A stretch of 64,000 nt of DNA. Origin: Paramoeba atlantica (Eukaryota; Protista; Discosea). The stretch spans positions 62,001 through 126,000 of the forward strand of contig CDRNVI010000010.1 in assembly GCA_977017575.1 (NCBI GenBank), written 5' to 3'. Below, one piece after another: positions 21,765 to 34,136 of this stretch. Position 1 is the first letter of the stretch; each line of letters begins with the position of its first letter. The notes under the pieces are model-generated. The model did not search any database. It was not told where the DNA came from and was given only the letters and a program-made list of their open reading frames with translations. Made by a program: the position numbers and the translations under genes.

Positions 21765-24761
21765 TTACAAAAGTCCTTGTAGCGATTCCTTTGCTTCCGT
21801 AACGCGTTCCATTTCTGCAGTTAGGTTAGAAAGCTTCATAGAATTTGCTTCGCGCACACTTTCAGGAACCTTTTCTTTGTAATTTACACTCTCTATTTTC
21901 TTACACAAAGACTCTTTTTGCAATTTTATCGAGCTCATGCCTTTTTCTAATCGTGCCAACTCCTCTGCAGGATTAATCAAACCTTGTAGCTGTAGACAAA
22001 CAGTGGTTGAGCTGGACAAAACGTTGGTAGCACAACCTAGTGGGACGTCGTTCCTACTTGAAACAATTTCGACATGACCTAATACTGCAAGAGCGGCAAG
22101 AGTGTCCTGAGCGTGTCTGGTAAAAAGCTCCGAAAAAGAATTAGATTTTCCATGACAAACAACGTATGCATCCGGCTTGACTTTATTCGTCAATCTGTAG
22201 CGTGTCTTTAGAGAACGCAACGCATGGACAACATCCAAAAGTTGAGTCATGCCTTCTTCGATGGATTCGTTGCGAAAGTTGCTGGATTGCGGATAAGGTG
22301 CAAGCATGATACTTGGGGAGACAAAACTGGAGTTCCCGGGAAGTCTATGCCACAGTTCCTCTGTAACGAAGGGCATCATAGGGTGCAGTAAGCGGAGAGC
22401 ATGTTCCATACAATGACAAAGGACCGCCCGGGTAATATCCCGCAATGGACCATCATGCTGCATTACAGGCTTAGTAAGTTCCAAGAAAACGTCACAGAAG
22501 TCGTACAGCCAAAATCCGTAAATCGCCGTTGTCAACGTAGAGAAGTCGTACTCGCGAAATGAGATATTGCATGCCTGAGTACAAGCATCCAGACGACTGA
22601 GAATCCACCGGCAATGCATGGAAAGAGATAAAGCATCTTCATTAAGTGAGGATGACGGCTCAAAATCTTCCCCCAGTGCAAAATAAAGAGCGTAACGCAC
22701 CGCATTCCACAATTTATTGCAGAATTGACGGTAGCCAAGTATGCGATCAATATCCAAATTTACGCTCTTTCCGCTTACAGTATACGAAAGCAAACCAAGG
22801 CGGAGGGCATCTGCTCCGCATTCCGGAATTCCCTTAGGAAAAGCTTTCTGCTGTAGAGCTTTTGCCTTTTCGACCTCTTTTGGAGACAAGTTTGCCAGCC
22901 GTATTTTTTCCTGCAGTTTCTCCAGAGTGATGCCTCTAAGAACATCCAATGGATCAACTACGTTGCCTTTAGACTTTGACATCTTATCACCGCTTTTGTC
23001 GCGAACCATGGCGTGCATGTACACCTCTTTAAATGGGAGTTTGCCAACCAAATGGAGCGAACACATCACCATGCGTGCTACCCAGAAAAAGAGAATATCG
23101 TGTCCAGTCTCAAGCAAACTTGTGGGAAAGAAGGTTTTAAAATCCTCGTCGTTCAAATCGGGCCACCCCAGGACAGAAAATGGCCACAATGCGCTGCTAA
23201 ACCAAGTGTCCAACACATCTTCGTCTTGACGTAGCTCCAAACGTGAAGTCTCATCGGAACTCAGTCTATGCTTCAGCGAAGCCTTACTACGGGCTTCCTC
23301 CGCCGTCCGACCCACAATCCAATTTTCGTTCGGCTCGCGACATAAAGGCTTACCATCGAGAAAAAGAGAGTACGCCGGTATGCGATGCCCCCACCACAGC
23401 TGTCGACTAATGCACCATGGTTTAATATTTTCCAACCAACGATACCACGTTGCCTCATGCACGGAGGGAATGAGTTTCAATTCTCCTGTTCGAACCGCCT
23501 GAACACTGCGCTGGGCCATGGTGCTACAATCCACAAACCACTGTGGGACCAAATGAGGCTCGACGATATCTTGCGTTCGGCTACAAATCCCCAGACGCAT
23601 TGTATGTCCACGCTGACCTCGAAGTAAGCCCTTGCTGTCAAGTGCCTTCACAATAGCTCGCCTGCAGTCATATCGGTGCATGCCATGAAATTCCCCTTTG
23701 GTAGATATTTTTCCCTCCTCGTCCATAACGGTTAAAAAAGGAAGTGCGTGTCGCTCTCCGGCTTGAAAATCATTTGGGTCATGCGCCGGGGTGATCTTCA
23801 CGGCCCCAGTCCCAAAGTTCATGTCAACTAACACGGAGTCAAACAGTAGAGGGATGGTATCTTCGCGAAACGGACATACCAGTCGCGTGTTGGTTCCTTT
23901 GTACTTTTGATATCGAGGGTCGTCCGGATGCACGGCCACCGCCGTGTCTCCCAAAATAGTCTCTGGGCGTGTGGTGTCGACAATAATTTCATCTTCGCTT
24001 CCGGAGATGTGATACGCAAAAGACGTCATAGTGCCCACGTCGACTGTTTTCTCATAGTTCGGGATACGAATGTGTAACCCCGGAGTGACATCGATGTACT
24101 CTACTTCGAGATCACTAATCGCACTTTGCAGTGTGGGACACCAATTCACAAGTCTTGTGGAGCGATAGATTAGCCCTTCCTCGTGAAATCGGACGAAGGC
24201 TTCTTGTACGGCGGCGGAACATTTCGAGTCCATGGTGAAGCGCTCTCGGCTCCAATCTACGCTGGAGCCCAGTAGCCGGAGCTGCTGCGTGATCACACCT
24301 CCGTGATCTTTTTTCCATTCCCACACACGGGATATAAACGTTTCTCGTCCCAGTTGATGCCGGGAAACGCCCTCCGTGGCTTGTATTCGTTTCTCCACGA
24401 CCACTTGCGTCGCGATGCCCGCGTGATCCATGCCAGGGACATACAGCGTGTTGTGTCCCTTCATACGGTGATACCGTATTAGGGTGTCCTGTACAGCGGT
24501 AGTCAGTGCATGGCCGAGATGAAGATACCCGGTGACATTCGGAGGAGGAATGACAATCACAAAATTCTCTTTCTTGACATCTGTGGCATCCTCACAGGTT
24601 GGGGATATCCCGCCACTACGGGGAAGAAAGAATTGGCTTGACTCCCACCATTCGTACCATTCAGATTCCACATCGACAGGGTGATACTGGGAGGCGATGG
24701 GCTGGGTGTAGTCTTTAGGAAGTGATACCATTCGGGGAAGCAGATAACGGAGATGCTTCAC
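21765..24761 (-). CDS. VARS1: Valyl-tRNA synthetase
   Basis: PPPNVTGYLHLGH, DTTRPET editing domain, WCISRQLWWGHRIP, DVLDTWFSS, KMSKS, C-terminal coiled coil. Confidence 0.97.
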   Translation of the reverse strand: MKHLRYLLPRMVSLPKDYTQPIASQYHPVDVESEWYEWWESSQFFLPRSGGISPTCEDATDVKKENFVIVIPPPNVTGYLHLGHALTTAVQDTLIRYHRMKGHNTLYVPGMDHAGIATQVVVEKRIQATEGVSRHQLGRETFISRVWEWKKDHGGVITQQLRLLGSSVDWSRERFTMDSKCSAAVQEAFVRFHEEGLIYRSTRLVNWCPTLQSAISDLEVEYIDVTPGLHIRIPNYEKTVDVGTMTSFAYHISGSEDEIIVDTTRPETILGDTAVAVHPDDPRYQKYKGTNTRLVCPFREDTIPLLFDSVLVDMNFGTGAVKITPAHDPNDFQAGERHALPFLTVMDEEGKISTKGEFHGMHRYDCRRAIVKALDSKGLLRGQRGHTMRLGICSRTQDIVEPHLVPQWFVDCSTMAQRSVQAVRTGELKLIPSVHEATWYRWLENIKPWCISRQLWWGHRIPAYSLFLDGKPLCREPNENWIVGRTAEEARSKASLKHRLSSDETSRLELRQDEDVLDTWFSSALWPFSVLGWPDLNDEDFKTFFPTSLLETGHDILFFWVARMVMCSLHLVGKLPFKEVYMHAMVRDKSGDKMSKSKGNVVDPLDVLRGITLEKLQEKIRLANLSPKEVEKAKALQQKAFPKGIPECGADALRLGLLSYTVSGKSVNLDIDRILGYRQFCNKLWNAVRYALYFALGEDFEPSSSLNEDALSLSMHCRWILSRLDACTQACNISFREYDFSTLTTAIYGFWLYDFCDVFLELTKPVMQHDGPLRDITRAVLCHCMEHALRLLHPMMPFVTEELWHRLPGNSSFVSPSIMLAPYPQSSNFRNESIEEGMTQLLDVVHALRSLKTRYRLTNKVKPDAYVVCHGKSNSFSELFTRHAQDTLAALAVLGHVEIVSSRNDVPLGCATNVLSSSTTVCLQLQGLINPAEELARLEKGMSSIKLQKESLCKKIESVNYKEKVPESVREANSMKLSNLTAEMERVTEAKESLQGLL

Positions 24762-25074
24762 CGCTTGTAAGTTATTAAAAAAATTATTTCGTTTAAATCG
24801 TTTCAGAACTGAGCACTAGGTATTACTCTCCAAATAAGAACTACAGTTATTTTCCATGAATTCCACGGAAAAGAAAAAGGTGACCTGTCGTGCTGGAGAA
24901 GTATCGATAGCGCTGAAAAAAATCAATACTCTGTTCGACAATAAATTTCAGAAAAATGAAGATTAAATCTTTTGATTGTGTGGGAAGTCACATTCAAGTG
25001 GTTTTTCCTAACTGGAACTATGATGCATTGACTGGTACGAGAAAACGCCCAGAAAAATTTGCTTGTTTGAATTC

Positions 25075-25557
25075 CTATGCGTGAGAACCGGGAGGCATCG
25101 AAGCCACTTGAAGTTTCACACGGCGTTCATACTCCTTTCGATTCTTCACGTAAAGCTCATAAGGTTCTTTCTGAGCAGGATCGCCGGGATTTTCGTTATT
25201 CAACAATTCTTGTATAGACACCAGAATTTGCTTTAACGTGAAACAGGGTCTCCAGTCCTTCTCCTCGTTCAGTAAACTGAGACACACTGTCCCACTGGGG
25301 TACACGTTGGGGTGAAACAACACGGGACGGAACTGGCACTTCGGCGGCTTACTAGGATAATCCTCTGAAAAAGTAATCACCAACTTGTACTCACCTCCTT
25401 CCCACAGTGTTCCAGGTTTTCCAGGAATGCCTGCCTCCCATTTCATCAGGTCTAAGGTGCCATCCGCTGCAGTCGTTGGCCGGGCCCAGAAGCCGTAGGG
25501 CTTATCTCGGCGCCACGCCTTGCGCTCCTCCCGCAGGCGCTCAAGTGCTAATGACAT
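25075..25557 (-). CDS. UBC9: SUMO-conjugating enzyme E2
   Basis: [34 protein letters not shown] and KDWRP are Ubc9-specific. Confidence 0.93.
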   Translation of the reverse strand: MSLALERLREERKAWRRDKPYGFWARPTTAADGTLDLMKWEAGIPGKPGTLWEGGEYKLVITFSEDYPSKPPKCQFRPVLFHPNVYPSGTVCLSLLNEEKDWRPCFTLKQILVSIQELLNNENPGDPAQKEPYELYVKNRKEYERRVKLQVASMPPGSHA

Positions 25558-25872
25558 GAAAAAACGAAAACAATCCGATCAAATGTTCGTAAAAGAAACG
25601 TGAGTATCGTTGCAAAAAGGAAAACGTTACCAAATCTGAGGGACGTTACCAAATCTGCCGGAGAATAAAGTGTAGCCCCCTTTCGGGAGATGAAATAAGA
25701 AAGCTTTTCGAATGTGTTTCGCCCTAAAAAACAAAGTAAAAATGCACTGGTTCTTATTTTTGAATTCAAGAGAGCACGAACTGTTACCTAAAAAATGTAA
25801 ACATGAGATACCTAAATACATCAGAAATCAGAAAATATTGAGGAATTTCGTATGCCCACACGCCCGAAGTCA

Positions 25873-26835
25873 TCAAGAACTCACTTTGCCCTCGGCCTCA
25901 TCCAACAGACGTTTCATCGTGGACCCAATCTTTGCAGGGTTTCGCACGACCGTAATCCCCACCTTTTCCATCGCCTCGATCTTCGCCGGGGCCCCACCGC
26001 CGCTTCGCCCAATCACCGCCCCTGCGTGCCCCATCCGTCGCCCCGGCGGCGCCGTAATCCCCGCCACAAACCCCACCATCGGCTTCGACACCCCCAGCGC
26101 CCGCCACCGCCCAATCACCTCACACGCCCTCTCCTCCGCATCCCCCCCAATCTCCCCAATCATCGCAATCCCCTTCGTCCCCTCATCCGCCAAAAACTGC
26201 TCCACACAATGCGTAAAATCCGTCCCATTAAACGGATCCCCCCCAATTCCGACACACAACGACTGCCCCAGCCCCACCGCCGTCGTCTGCGCCACCGCCT
26301 CATACGTCAGCGTCCCGCTCCGACTCACCACCCCCACCACCCCCCCCGCGTGGATCTCCCCCGGCATGATCCCCAGCTTACACCGCCCCCCGGGCCGGAT
26401 CACCCCGGGGCAGTTCGGTCCCACCAGCCGGGTCGTACCCCCCGCACGCTCCATCATCTGTTTGATCCGCACCATGTCCCACTGCGGGATCCCCTCCGTG
26501 ATGACCACCACGAGGGGGATCGCGGCCTCGAGGGCTTCCTCAAGCGCAGAGGCCGCCGCGGGGGCGGGGACGTAGACCACGGAGGCGTTGGCACCGGTGT
26601 GCCGCATGGCCTCCGCGACGCTCGGGTAGATGGGGCGACCGAGGTGGGTGGCCCCGGCCTTGGTGGGGTGGACGCCGGCGACGACGTGGGTGCCGTAGGC
26701 GAGGGCCTGGGCGGTGTGGAAGGTGCCGTGGGTGCCGGTCATGCCTTGGACGAGGACGCGGGTGGCGGGGGAGACCCAGAGGGGGGAGGGGGGGGGGAGG
26801 GGGGGGTGGAGGAGGGAGGGGAGGGGACGGAACAT
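25873..26835 (-). CDS. SUCLG1: Succinyl-CoA ligase alpha subunit, mitochondrial
   Basis: [42 protein letters not shown] (phospho-His loop). Start MFRPLPS. Confidence 0.95.
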   Translation of the reverse strand: MFRPLPSLLHPPLPPPSPLWVSPATRVLVQGMTGTHGTFHTAQALAYGTHVVAGVHPTKAGATHLGRPIYPSVAEAMRHTGANASVVYVPAPAAASALEEALEAAIPLVVVITEGIPQWDMVRIKQMMERAGGTTRLVGPNCPGVIRPGGRCKLGIMPGEIHAGGVVGVVSRSGTLTYEAVAQTTAVGLGQSLCVGIGGDPFNGTDFTHCVEQFLADEGTKGIAMIGEIGGDAEERACEVIGRWRALGVSKPMVGFVAGITAPPGRRMGHAGAVIGRSGGGAPAKIEAMEKVGITVVRNPAKIGSTMKRLLDEAEGKVSS

Positions 26836-27074
26836 GGGAGGGGGGGGGGAGGAGGAGGTGGAGGAGGAGGGGGAAAGAGGGAGGAGAGAGGAAGGGAGGT
26901 AGAAAAGGGAGGAAGTAAAGATTTTTTGTGGAAAAAAACGGTTTATGTGATTTAAAGACAAAAACAAAGAAAAAATAAACTTCTTCAACCGCTAAAAAAG
27001 AGGGTATCTCCCCAGGAGACATGAGCAAAGTTTCATGGAAAGCGAACCTCACGATTTCGACGTCCTCCCCGCAA

Positions 27075-27836
27075 CTAGGCGTTTTCCGTAATGTCGGTCA
27101 GCCAGCGTTCCACAATATCCTCCGGGACAATGGTAAACTCCTTGTGTTCCTCGCACACCAGACCCACCTCAATATCCCTCGCCTTGAAGTGCTGTCGCAT
27201 GACGGTTTGCAGCGCGCTTATCCCCGCCCGAGCGACCTCCTCGTAGCTCTGCTCCTTGAAATGTTTGTCACTATGCTTCAGCCGACGCTCTAGATCGTTC
27301 ACGAGCTCTGTTTCCTTTTGCCCCGTCGCTGCGGCGTACTGAGGGAAACAATACCCACTAGGGTCTACCTTAAACAGCTGCGGGAGATATTTCCCGTCAT
27401 CCATGAGCTCCATGGAGGCAAACAGCAGCGTGACCCCCAGGGGACGCATCCCGGCGTGCTGGGTGGAGAGCTGGGCGTGTTCAGCGGCTCGATTCGCAAT
27501 CACACTGCTCGGGCACTCGTCTCCGTTTTCGTACCAATATTTCGCAGCCTCCTCGCGTGAGGTGGAGAGCACAGATAAGCCATCCGCGACGCGCCCGGTC
27601 ACACACACTCCGGTTTGTGGATTAATTTGATGTAAAGAGGTGAGCGTGGAGGACCGAAGCAGCGGGTCGGGGGACTTACGAAGCGCCAGGAGCACGACCC
27701 CATCGGAGGCACGAAGAGCGAGAGCACTGGTGCCACAACCCCGGACCGCTTTGAGAGCATACTCCACTTGGTAGAGTTTCCCTTCCGGGGAGAAAATGGA
27801 GATGAAACGGTCGTAGCTGGTACGGTGGTGGGACAT
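27075..27836 (-). CDS. PSMA6: 20S proteasome alpha-1 subunit
   Basis: YDRFISIFSPEGKLYQVEYALKAV N-terminal signature, followed by AQLSTQHAGMRPLGV. Confidence 0.85.
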   Translation of the reverse strand: MSHHRTSYDRFISIFSPEGKLYQVEYALKAVRGCGTSALALRASDGVVLLALRKSPDPLLRSSTLTSLHQINPQTGVCVTGRVADGLSVLSTSREEAAKYWYENGDECPSSVIANRAAEHAQLSTQHAGMRPLGVTLLFASMELMDDGKYLPQLFKVDPSGYCFPQYAAATGQKETELVNDLERRLKHSDKHFKEQSYEEVARAGISALQTVMRQHFKARDIEVGLVCEEHKEFTIVPEDIVERWLTDITENA

Positions 27837-28105
27837 GCTGAGGAAGCGAAGGAGAAAGGGGTAGAAAAGAAGGTGTAACGGTGGGAGATAGAGGTGGGAG
27901 AAGAGAAGGTGATATGAAGGGAAGAAAAATGACGAATCACAGTGTAGGGTTATTGTTTCGGGTGGGTCCTTAACTGTAGAACATTGATACCAGAAAATTT
28001 CAAAGTAAAAAACTGTCAAAAAATGGGATAGTTTTTAACTACAGGATCTGTGCGCCGTTACTGAGCTAGGTAGCTATTTCGCTTGTTTTTTAAACGTCTG
28101 TACAT

Positions 28106-28363
28106 TTAATAATCGGATGGATCGGCCGGAACTTTGTTTATTTTTTGGAAACCGCCGGAGCCATCGGGTTCCTGTGCCTCATATCCTACGTTCGAGAACC
28201 TCTGGTACTTGGCCGCTTTTTCATCCTTTAAGACGCGATGGAGAGTCGTGGTGCATATGTTAAGATATTTCAAGTACGAGATGTGTTCTCTCCACGCCTC
28301 TTGCTCCAGGAGCACGCAACTTCGACGGGTGAAAAGCCTGAGTGGGGTGTGAAGAAAAGCCAT
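28106..28363 (-). CDS. ATP5F1E: Mitochondrial F1 ATP synthase epsilon subunit, kinetoplastid type
   Basis: RRSCVLL..AWREHISYLKYLNICTTTLH..K..KY.R....Y.AQ.PDG.GG...I.KVP....DY closely follows the trypanosomatid epsilon subunit as I recall it. Confidence 0.85.
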   Translation of the reverse strand: MAFLHTPLRLFTRRSCVLLEQEAWREHISYLKYLNICTTTLHRVLKDEKAAKYQRFSNVGYEAQEPDGSGGFQKINKVPADPSDY

Positions 28364-28560
28364 AAACAAAATTACGGATAATTAGGAAAATCGTCGGCGA
28401 AATAGGGTAAATGTGTGAGGTTCATTTTAAATACCACCCCTTCGACCTACTTCAACACCAGCCTATTCTAAAAATTTATCATTGCAACTCATTCCAATAC
28501 AACATCCTCCCCACCGTACCCATCCTCCCCTACTTTCATCTCACCTCCTTCACCCCATTT

Positions 28561-29757
28561 TCAATTATAAAACTCATGCTCCTGGTCGCGTTTCTTCGCA
28601 TGCATCTCATACCCTTTCTCCATATCACTTTGCCGCACCCTGTGCCTGTTGTGTCGAACCGCCTGCATGCCGGCCTCCTGACACACCGCCGCAATCTCCG
28701 CACAACTCACCTTCTCGGGACGTGTCACAAAGTCCTCCAAGTCCACACTCTCCTCGAGCGTCATTTTCGACGTCACCACTTGATACACCAACCGGCGCTG
28801 CCGCCGGTCCGGCAACGGAAACTCAATCTTACGATCCAGCCGTCCGGGACGCAGCAACGCGGGGTCTAACGTATCCCACCGATTCGTCGCCATAATCACC
28901 TTCACGTTCTCCGAGGTGTCAAACCCATCCATCTGGTTCAGCAGCTCAATCAAAATCCGCTGCACCTCCCGATCCGCCCCCGTCTGCGCATCAAACCGCT
29001 TCGTCGCAATCGCATCCACCTCATCAATAAAAATAATACTCGGCGCATTCTCCCTCGCTAACCGAAACACATCCCGCACCATCCTCGGTCCCTCCCCGAG
29101 GTACTTCTGCACAAACTCCGACCCCACCACCCTCACAAACGCCGCCTCCGTGTGGTGCGCCACCGCCTTCGCCAGCATCGTCTTCCCCGTCCCCGGGGGA
29201 CCATACAGCAACACCCCCCGCGGGGGGTCGATCCCCACCGTGCGGTACAGCTCCCCCTGGGTCAGCGGCAGCTCCACCGCCTCCCGGATCTCCTGTTTCT
29301 GCACCTCCAGCCCCCCGACATCGCGGTACCCCACCGTGGGGCGCCCCGCGGCCCCCAGCACCGTCACGTGCCGGTCCGTCTCACTCGGCAGCACAGTGAC
29401 GAGAGCGCTGCTGGAGCGGTGGAGCCCCACGCTGGTGTTGGGCCTCAGCTGCTCAGCGTCTAAGGTACTGAGCACGCGGACGAAGAGACTGGAGCCGCTG
29501 CTGCTGCTGACGACCGCGTGGGCGGGGTCGACCACCTCGAGCAGCTGGCCAATCACGAGGGGGGTGGACTGGAGGCGGGAGAGCTCGGTGGTGGCGGACT
29601 GGGCGTGGTGGCGGAGCTGGGCGATCTCGAGCGTGAGGAGGGCGGTGCGGAGGGCGAGCTCGGAGAGGGCGGTGTGGAGGGCGGCGTGACGGGAGAGGAG
29701 GGAGGGGGGAGGGGGGTCATGGAGGGAGGTCATGGGGGGAGGGGGGAGGGAGGTCAT
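28561..29757 (-). CDS. PSMC4: 26S proteasome AAA-ATPase Rpt3
   Basis: [53 protein letters not shown]. Confidence 0.92.
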   Translation of the reverse strand: MTSLPPPPMTSLHDPPPPSLLSRHAALHTALSELALRTALLTLEIAQLRHHAQSATTELSRLQSTPLVIGQLLEVVDPAHAVVSSSSGSSLFVRVLSTLDAEQLRPNTSVGLHRSSSALVTVLPSETDRHVTVLGAAGRPTVGYRDVGGLEVQKQEIREAVELPLTQGELYRTVGIDPPRGVLLYGPPGTGKTMLAKAVAHHTEAAFVRVVGSEFVQKYLGEGPRMVRDVFRLARENAPSIIFIDEVDAIATKRFDAQTGADREVQRILIELLNQMDGFDTSENVKVIMATNRWDTLDPALLRPGRLDRKIEFPLPDRRQRRLVYQVVTSKMTLEESVDLEDFVTRPEKVSCAEIAAVCQEAGMQAVRHNRHRVRQSDMEKGYEMHAKKRDQEHEFYN

Positions 29758-30001
29758 GGGGGGATGCCGGGAATGAAAGGGGAAAGGAGGGAATAAAGAT
29801 TTCTAAGAGATTTGAGGGAGGGAAATGTTGTGTGGGTTTGAATAAGAAATTGGGGATAGGGTTGAAAAAGAGGGTGGAGATTATCGGGTTATTTTTGTTT
29901 TAAAAAATTAAGGGGAAAAAAGGGAAACCTTTGCTACTTACTGGGTTGGGTAAACAAAAAAGAGGATGGACTTAACACTTTGACGTCTTGCAAGACTTTT
30001 C

Positions 30002-30472
30002 TTACTTCAGGGGGATGAATCGTGAGGCATGGCTGGCACCCAGACCCGGTCGTCCGTGAGTCACAGGCTTGTACGTAATGCTGAACTCCCCAAGGTAGTG
30101 TCCAATCATCTCCCCACGGACTTCGATTCCGTTGAACAACTTGCCATTGTAAATACCGATAATATTCCCCAACATCTCAGGGACCACAATCATGTCGCGC
30201 AAATGGGTCTTCACGGGGCGAGGCTTCTCCCCAGCCGCCAAGTTCTTCTTGGCCTTCTTTAGCTTCGCAATCAGCTTCTTGGGCTTGTCGTTGAGCCCCC
30301 GGTAAAAGCGCCGGCGGGCTCGTGCGTGCAACATCTCAGCCAACTTCTCGTGCGGCACATCAAGCAAGCGGTCCACATCCATACCTCGGAAGGTGAGCTT
30401 GCGGAACTTTCGGGCTTTCTTTAACTCCTCATAGCGTTGTCGCTCCTTCTCACGTTGAGTTGTGTCCTCCAT
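30002..30472 (-). CDS. RPS15: 40S ribosomal protein S15 (uS19)
   Basis: [51 protein letters not shown]. Confidence 0.97.
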   Translation of the reverse strand: MEDTTQREKERQRYEELKKARKFRKLTFRGMDVDRLLDVPHEKLAEMLHARARRRFYRGLNDKPKKLIAKLKKAKKNLAAGEKPRPVKTHLRDMIVVPEMLGNIIGIYNGKLFNGIEVRGEMIGHYLGEFSITYKPVTHGRPGLGASHASRFIPLK

Positions 30473-30913
30473 GGAAACGATTCAAGAAAAATAGTAGAAT
30501 AATCTAGTCTCTTTATAAAGAGAGAATGTTTTGTGAAAGGATAAAATTTGAGACAACGGATAAACCCTAAGCTCGAAAAGTCGTGTTCGAATAGGATAAA
30601 ATCTCCCCTCTTTAAAATATACAGTATAACGTGTGTCGCAAAAAAAGGTGGTTCTTGTTTCACATTTCCCAAACCTTTAAAAACAGCTATTTACAACATC
30701 GACGTGTAATCTCCTGGTAAGCAGGAGTTGCATTATATTGCCGCCGACTTGGCGTTTTCTTATAGATCGCTTATTAAAGACTCACTGTGTCCATACAGTG
30801 TATAAAAGAATATCAAAGAGAATATCAAAGAGATTTGTGATTCTGTTGCTTAATAGATTTGAATAAAAAAAATTATGAACAATTTAATAACCTTTCTCAC
30901 CACCCGAGTTCAT

Positions 30914-31258
30914 CTAGTAACTATATTCTTTGCCGACGTATCCACTCCAGCAAGTGTACTCCTTCAAGTTGCAGTCACGGTTGAGTCCATTGTTTCCCCA
31001 GCCGAAGAGAAAGCCACCCGAGGGAAACCGTCGGTGGATGACTCGTTGATGCGGGTTCTGAGGTCCTTTATATTGCAGTACGTGATGCGGTGTGGTAACT
31101 TTGTAAACGCAAAAACCTGTGAGAAGAAGAAATGCCACACTATTCACAAATATACCGTGTTTCAGGTCCGCAATAGCTGCGGGGGAAACAATAGGATCCC
31201 CTGGAAGTGGTATTCGCCCCGTGCGACAGGAGGCCATGCGTATGGAGTTTTGTACCAA
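30914..31258 (-). CDS. Probable cytochrome c oxidase accessory subunit (COX6A / kinetoplastid COX X-like)
   Basis: 114 aa with a presequence, a single TM helix, then H..R.FPSGGFLFGWGNNGLNRDCNLKEYTCW. Confidence 0.5.
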   Translation of the reverse strand: MVQNSIRMASCRTGRIPLPGDPIVSPAAIADLKHGIFVNSVAFLLLTGFCVYKVTTPHHVLQYKGPQNPHQRVIHRRFPSGGFLFGWGNNGLNRDCNLKEYTCWSGYVGKEYSY

Positions 31259-31958
31259 AAACGATTCTTTTTACTTAGCTAAAATTTGTATAGATTACAG
31301 TGTTATATTTAATTACGCTTTTAAGGTTATTTTTGGCTCAAATTAATCTTAATTAAATTAACCGTAATATAATCCACTCGTAAATTAATAACTTTTGAAC
31401 ACACTTTTTGAGTAACTTTTAGGCGCCCAAGCCACTGGATTCGTCTGTGATCATTTTATAAAGGCATGTGCTTCATATGAAAGTGAGGTCGATGGTGATA
31501 GACATGAAAAAAAGTATTATTTTTCGGGGCTAAAAATAATCTTAATTAAAAATAACCGTAATATAATCCACTCGTATTTGAATACTTCACTGTACTTATT
31601 TACTTTATATAAATTTGTAAACAATTTGTAAGCAAGAGGAATAATTTCTTTTTAAAATTAATACTGTCCCCCCCCCGTTTAAGCGCACCGGTTCAGCCCC
31701 CCCCGTTTAAGCGCACATTTTGGAAACGAGATTTCCCGTATTTTTCAGTCAAAGCACAGACATCGGCGCCGCTTCGCGGCGACGAATTGTTTTTGTGTCC
31801 TCCGCGTTTTTTGATAGTTTTTGACTATTTTCTTGTGCGCTGATTAACTTATTATGTATTTTACCTTTTATCGAAGCTTGTATCATAATCTTGATTATTT
31901 TTATCTCTACTTATCTTTACAATTTCTAGAATCCATTTCTCTGTTTCTTCTTTGAACA

Positions 31959-33735
31959 ATGCCCACCCTTGATTCATGGATAACCTTCCGGCGTCCCTTG
32001 CCGAGGGTTGGTGAAGTCGTTCTTCGAAGACAAATCGCATCCAACGTAGCACAACCCTCGCCTCCAAGCGAAATCGCTGATTCGCCTGCGAAGAAAACTA
32101 TGCCCAACGATTGTGAAATGCACACCATCACAATGCAAGATCGCTTGGAGATTTGTCGCTCCCCTCTAAGCGTAAATCAGCTATGCTGCAAATACGGTAC
32201 AACAAGATGGACGATTATGAGAACAAAAAGCAAAGGTGAGGCTCACTACCAGGCTCACGTAAATCGGGGGGGACGGGATAGAAAGCGGGAACGTGGTTTT
32301 AACAGCGAGCGTCAGTTGGCCATGGAAAAGGTTAATGACAAAATGGTAGAGGCCGTGGACGGGAATTTTGCTGTCACGAAGCAGTTTGTTATCGAGCTTA
32401 TGGAGCAGCACGGCGCTCTTAACGCATCCTTATCGGAAAAAGCGAAGGATGAAACCTACAAACATTTCAAATATGTTTTCGGTTGGACGAATAGGAAATT
32501 CGGATCACCAATGCCTTTCTCCCGCCAATATAGAGGTGCGAATCCAGAAGTGGGCACGCCAATTGTTTATCCAAAATGGTATACGTAAATACAGGTACGT
32601 GTTTTTTGGGGACGAAACATCTTTTCCTGTAGATGGGCAAATATGGAACAGGTCCCTTGCACCGATCGGCGTACAAAACGTTTCTGTTTCAGCAGCGAAT
32701 TCAAAAGAAACAGTGACAGTATTCCTTGCAGGGATTTATGAAGTGAGCCTTGACCAAGCCTATCCTCTTCCACCCACTGTGATTTTTGAGAACCATGCGC
32801 AGTGTGAAGAGTCGTCCCGAATTCTAAAAGAAGCTCGGTGCTACTCTGTGGAAATGAACTACGCGATATATGGACAGGTTTCCAGTAGTGGTTGGATGAA
32901 TCTTAAATTATTTGAAAAGATATTGAAAGAATATATTGAAAGCACCAGTGACGAACACCCCCCGATTGCCATTCTCGTAGATAGCTGCACGGCGCACCAG
33001 ACGGATGCTTTACCCATAAACTGTGATCTGCACCGCATCCCAGGTGGTTGCACGCCTTTTATTCAAGTTCACGACCGTTCAATTATTTGTCTGGTCAAGA
33101 GAACGTATGAAAAAATGATAAAAAATTGGTGTCTCTCTCAAAAAACGCACGAACCGTTAAACAGAAAACAAATTCTTGAATTCATTAAGTTGGCACACGA
33201 CAAAACCTGGACTACTTGCTCAGCAACGATATTAAATACCATTAGGAAGTACGTACGCGATCCACTGCTTCTTTATCCATGGGAGTGGAAGGAAAACGAG
33301 AAGGAAATGCAAAGTTCCAAGAACGCGGCAAAAAAGCGACAAAGAGAAGCTAGAGACATGGCTGTTCACGCGGATGAACATGCGGAAGAATCTGTCCCGG
33401 AAATGAAAACATGTGATTACGTGCCTCGTTCTTCCGTTCCCTGTAGGATACCTATTTCTCCTGCCCTTAGCCTTCGACTCGTTCTAGCAGCGCGCCGCAA
33501 CGCCCCTTTATTTCAACCTGCCGCCACCGGTGTTGGTGAGTACATGAAGCCGCATGTTGTGTGTTTATCTCATGAGGAAGGAGATTCTTCTGGTGCGGAA
33601 GAAGTGCAGAAAACATCTTATAAGTGGAAGACTTTGCGTCGACGAGGTGCCTTGATTCCTTCAGAGTGTGTGGACTTCATGTGCCAGCAAATTTTCGATG
33701 CCTTTATGATGCGCCACCCCGACTCAAAAACATGA
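31959..33735 (+). pseudogene. pogo-type transposase (HTH plus DD30D), one frameshift
   Basis: HTH region in ORF 31959. FGDETSF, ILVDSCTAH and IQVHD (30 residues between D2 and D3) in ORF 32368. Frame change near 32495. Confidence 0.85.
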
Positions 33736-34136
33736 CTCAAAAATATGGGCAACACAAAAAATGGTTCAAATGGATGTTATCCCTGGACATATCGGAGCAC
33801 AACACGCAAGTCTATGTTTGCCTGTACTATCAATGTCACTTTGTGTTAGTTCACATACAAGGTCACTTCTTTTTCGTCTACGACAGCCTCAGGGGATACG
33901 CTCCGTTTGCAGCAAAAGCAAATTTGGAAAACTTAAAAAAATGTGTTTTGCAATACTTGAAGCCGGCGAACATCAACTCTTATAGCATTCAGTATATGGA
34001 ATGCCAACAACAAATTCAGGGGGAGAATGACTGCGCATTTCATGTGGCGAACAACCTTTATCGAGTTTTGTTTCACGAGCAAAAGGATATTATTTCGCGT
34101 GCTGAGTTGAGCATAAATTGGAAACCAAATGTCTAA
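33640..34136 (+). pseudogene. Ulp1/SENP (C48-like) cysteine protease domain, frameshifted from the transposase C-terminus
   Basis: LIPSECVDFMCQQI (resembles WLNDExIxFY) ends the transposase ORF. The next frame has CHFVLV (His), VYDSL (Asp), QQQ (oxyanion Gln) and ENDCAF (Cys). Confidence 0.75.

Noticed and set aside
25852-29796. Long plus-strand ORFs (367, 287 and 257 aa) over SUCLG1 and Rpt3
   Set aside because: These are antisense shadows caused by extreme GC3 and lack of stop codons. The opposite strand encodes conserved proteins.
31341-31580. ~45-bp direct repeat (TAATCTTAATTAAA..TAACCGTAATATAATCCACTCGTA) about 195 bp apart
   Set aside because: Only two AT-rich copies with no termini or coding signal, most simply a local duplication.
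25075-34136. Functional linkage between UBC9 and the transposon Ulp1 domain
   Set aside because: They are 8 kb apart with unrelated genes between them. Gene order in kinetoplastid polycistrons does not reflect function.
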